Source: Harriotta raleighana
Taxonomy: Eukaryota
DNA: 64,000 nt
Assembly (NCBI GenBank): GCA_050575255.1
Contig: JBNZDD010013726.1
Location: forward strand, 3,547,245-3,611,244
Direction: 5' to 3'
Position numbers and translations under genes: made by a program. This document shows, one piece after another, positions 61,796-64,000 of the stretch (its first letter is position 1; every line of letters begins with the position of its first letter). The notes below the pieces were generated by a model. The model had not been told where the DNA came from, did not search any database, and worked only from the letters and a program-made list of their open reading frames with translations.

Positions 61796-64000
61796 AGGAG
61801 TTCTGCACATACTCTTGAGAAGTGGATAGATACTTCTTCCACATTCCATATTTTTTCCAAAATAAAGCTGTGTATTGCTTTTGGCATTCGAAGGATAGAA
61901 TCTGTCACATCATTTTCTCTTCCTCACCAATTGCTGAAATAAAAAATATTTTTCATGATTCAAACAGAAACTGAAATGAGATGTTTAGACATCATTTAAG
62001 GAACTTAAGAAATGTTAAGATTGTGACACTGCTTCTAATTAGTAGATCGTAGACTGGTTTTCAATGATGCACAAACTTTTACATTACTGTAGTTCTCTCT
62101 ACAGTAATCTCAACGATTGCACTTCTATTTCTGAGGTTCAAATTAATATTGTAGGGTATTAATCACAGAGTATGATAATTGTTCTTTCATCAAAGAAAGA
62201 GGAAACTTGCATTTTATAGAGCCTTATATGGACACAATGACATTTGTAGGCAAACATAGCAGACATTTTGAAAAGTGAAGTCTTCTAACACCATGATATT
62301 AATGATCAATTATCTGTAGGATTGTTGGCCAATTATTTGTATCTAGGAAATGCTGATCCAATATAGACACCCTTCATACTCTATGGTATTTTCATGTCTT
62401 AAATTACTATGTGAGGAGAAGATCGTAGGCCACCAGCTCCTCAATCCTGTTCCACCACTCCATTTCCTATGGCTAACCTGTACCTCAACTCCTTTGTTTT
62501 ACCAACAAAAGCCAACTGAGGCAGTAGGTACTTGTTATGTTCCAGGATCTTAGCTTCATCTTGAAGTAGAGAGATCCCGATGTTTAGAAAGGGGCAAATT
62601 TCACCAGAATCTGTTATATTTTCCATTTTATGGGCTCTACAATTTGGCAAATTTTGGGATACTGTTTCAAGCATTTTACAAATTATGCTCTTAATTTGTT
62701 ACGTAAACAAGAGTAAATCCCTGCTTACTCTGAAGAGTTTACTCTTAGAATCTATTTCCAGTAGATTCCCATGGTCCCATAAATCATACATAAGTTTAAA
62801 AATGAGTTTCCTTTCACAGCACTGGGCACGCTGCAGTATCAAAACTAAAGCAATTATGGTCTTTCACACCCAGGAAGTAGAATAATCTATTAGTAGCAAA
62901 AACAAGCCTCGAAATATCAGTCTAATAACATAGTGATAAAGCTCATCAGTGAGTCATCAATGTATCCTCAGGGACTGATTCATAATCTAATTTGTGCAAA
63001 TTTGGCAAGACTTTGATTTTGCCTTGCTTACAAAGTTGGGTAGTAGAGAGTAAAAACACAATAGACAGGGACTAGAATGGACTGATGGAATTCATTTTCT
63101 AGTGATAATTTATGACATCGGCAGCAAGCTTAGAAGTTGACCACTTACCTTTTTTTAATCAAGGGAGGCGAAAAAAACATCATTTTTATACCTGATTTCA
63201 TGACCTGCAACTTCCACATTCGTGCTGCGTAAATGAGTTTTAAGAAGGCCTGCAGTGCCATCCAGTGATTATCTATTGAATCACAACCTCCTCAGTTTCC
63301 CTTTTCCTAAGTTTTAGAACTTAAGGGCTATTACGGAGTGGATTTTTAATAATAAAATACTAAGATGAATAAATGCTTAAAGTTGCTTTAATGATCTGAA
63401 AGAAAATAATCTTCATGGTGGATTACTGCAGCTAGATGTGCGGTGCCAAAAATACAAACAAAACTTTTTTTGTGCTGGGCCTACAGCTCCTTATCTTGAA
63501 CTGGGCCAATAGTAAAATGCAGAACTATTTGCCCCAAATTAAATGGCCCAACCATTTTTTAAAACTATTTATCTTGTACTTGTGTGTCACGATAATTCAC
63601 TTGCAAGACTCCAGCATCGCATCACTAATAGTGGTGCTTTTCACGAATAAATACTGTAACAATTTGTGTTTCTTAACTCGGTCATTTAGATCCTTTGTAT
63701 TAAGATAAAACTAAACAATACTTTTTTTTATTGAATGCTCCCCTCCCATATGTTGTATAGAAGCATCAAAAATATACTCTTTGGAGCTCAGGAAATCTAA
63801 GGTGCTGTTGTAAGGAGGATCTATGTACAATGTTAACCTGTCCTGCCACCACGGGTAATGAAAAAAAACAGCAAGACTGCTTAATCTAATGTAGTACATA
63901 AAAGCATACAAAATATGAAGCTAATAATAATAACGATCCTTGCATTTGATATAGCGCTTTTCAGGTCTTCTAAATATCTCAAAGCGCTTAATAGAATACA

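Overview
Vertebrate genomic DNA, probably a cartilaginous fish (inferred from the DeuSINE-type SINEs, L2/CR1 LINE content and protein divergence). Nearly the whole window is one minus-strand gene, WAPL (cohesin release factor). It has a CpG-rich promoter and non-coding first exon at ~59.2-59.8 kb, and 17 coding exons traced by hand between 56004 and 742. All have GT-AG boundaries and consistent phases, totalling 3585 nt (1195 codons). The terminal coding exon lies beyond the left edge. Introns contain L2 and CR1 LINE fragments, tRNA-headed DeuSINE-like SINEs and ten TA-flanked Tigger/pogo-like MITEs. Several single-N joins are flanked by duplicated sequence and look like assembly artefacts. 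I see no convincing new multi-gene system. The best leads concern WAPL regulation: a candidate poison exon in intron 12, inverted MITE pairs around exons 11-12, a stop/start-overlapping uORF, tandem CTCF-like sites, an upstream cluster of ZNF143-type motifs, and a CpG-undepleted, foreign-looking insert. Exon numbers assume one non-coding exon 1. Repeat boundaries are approximate.
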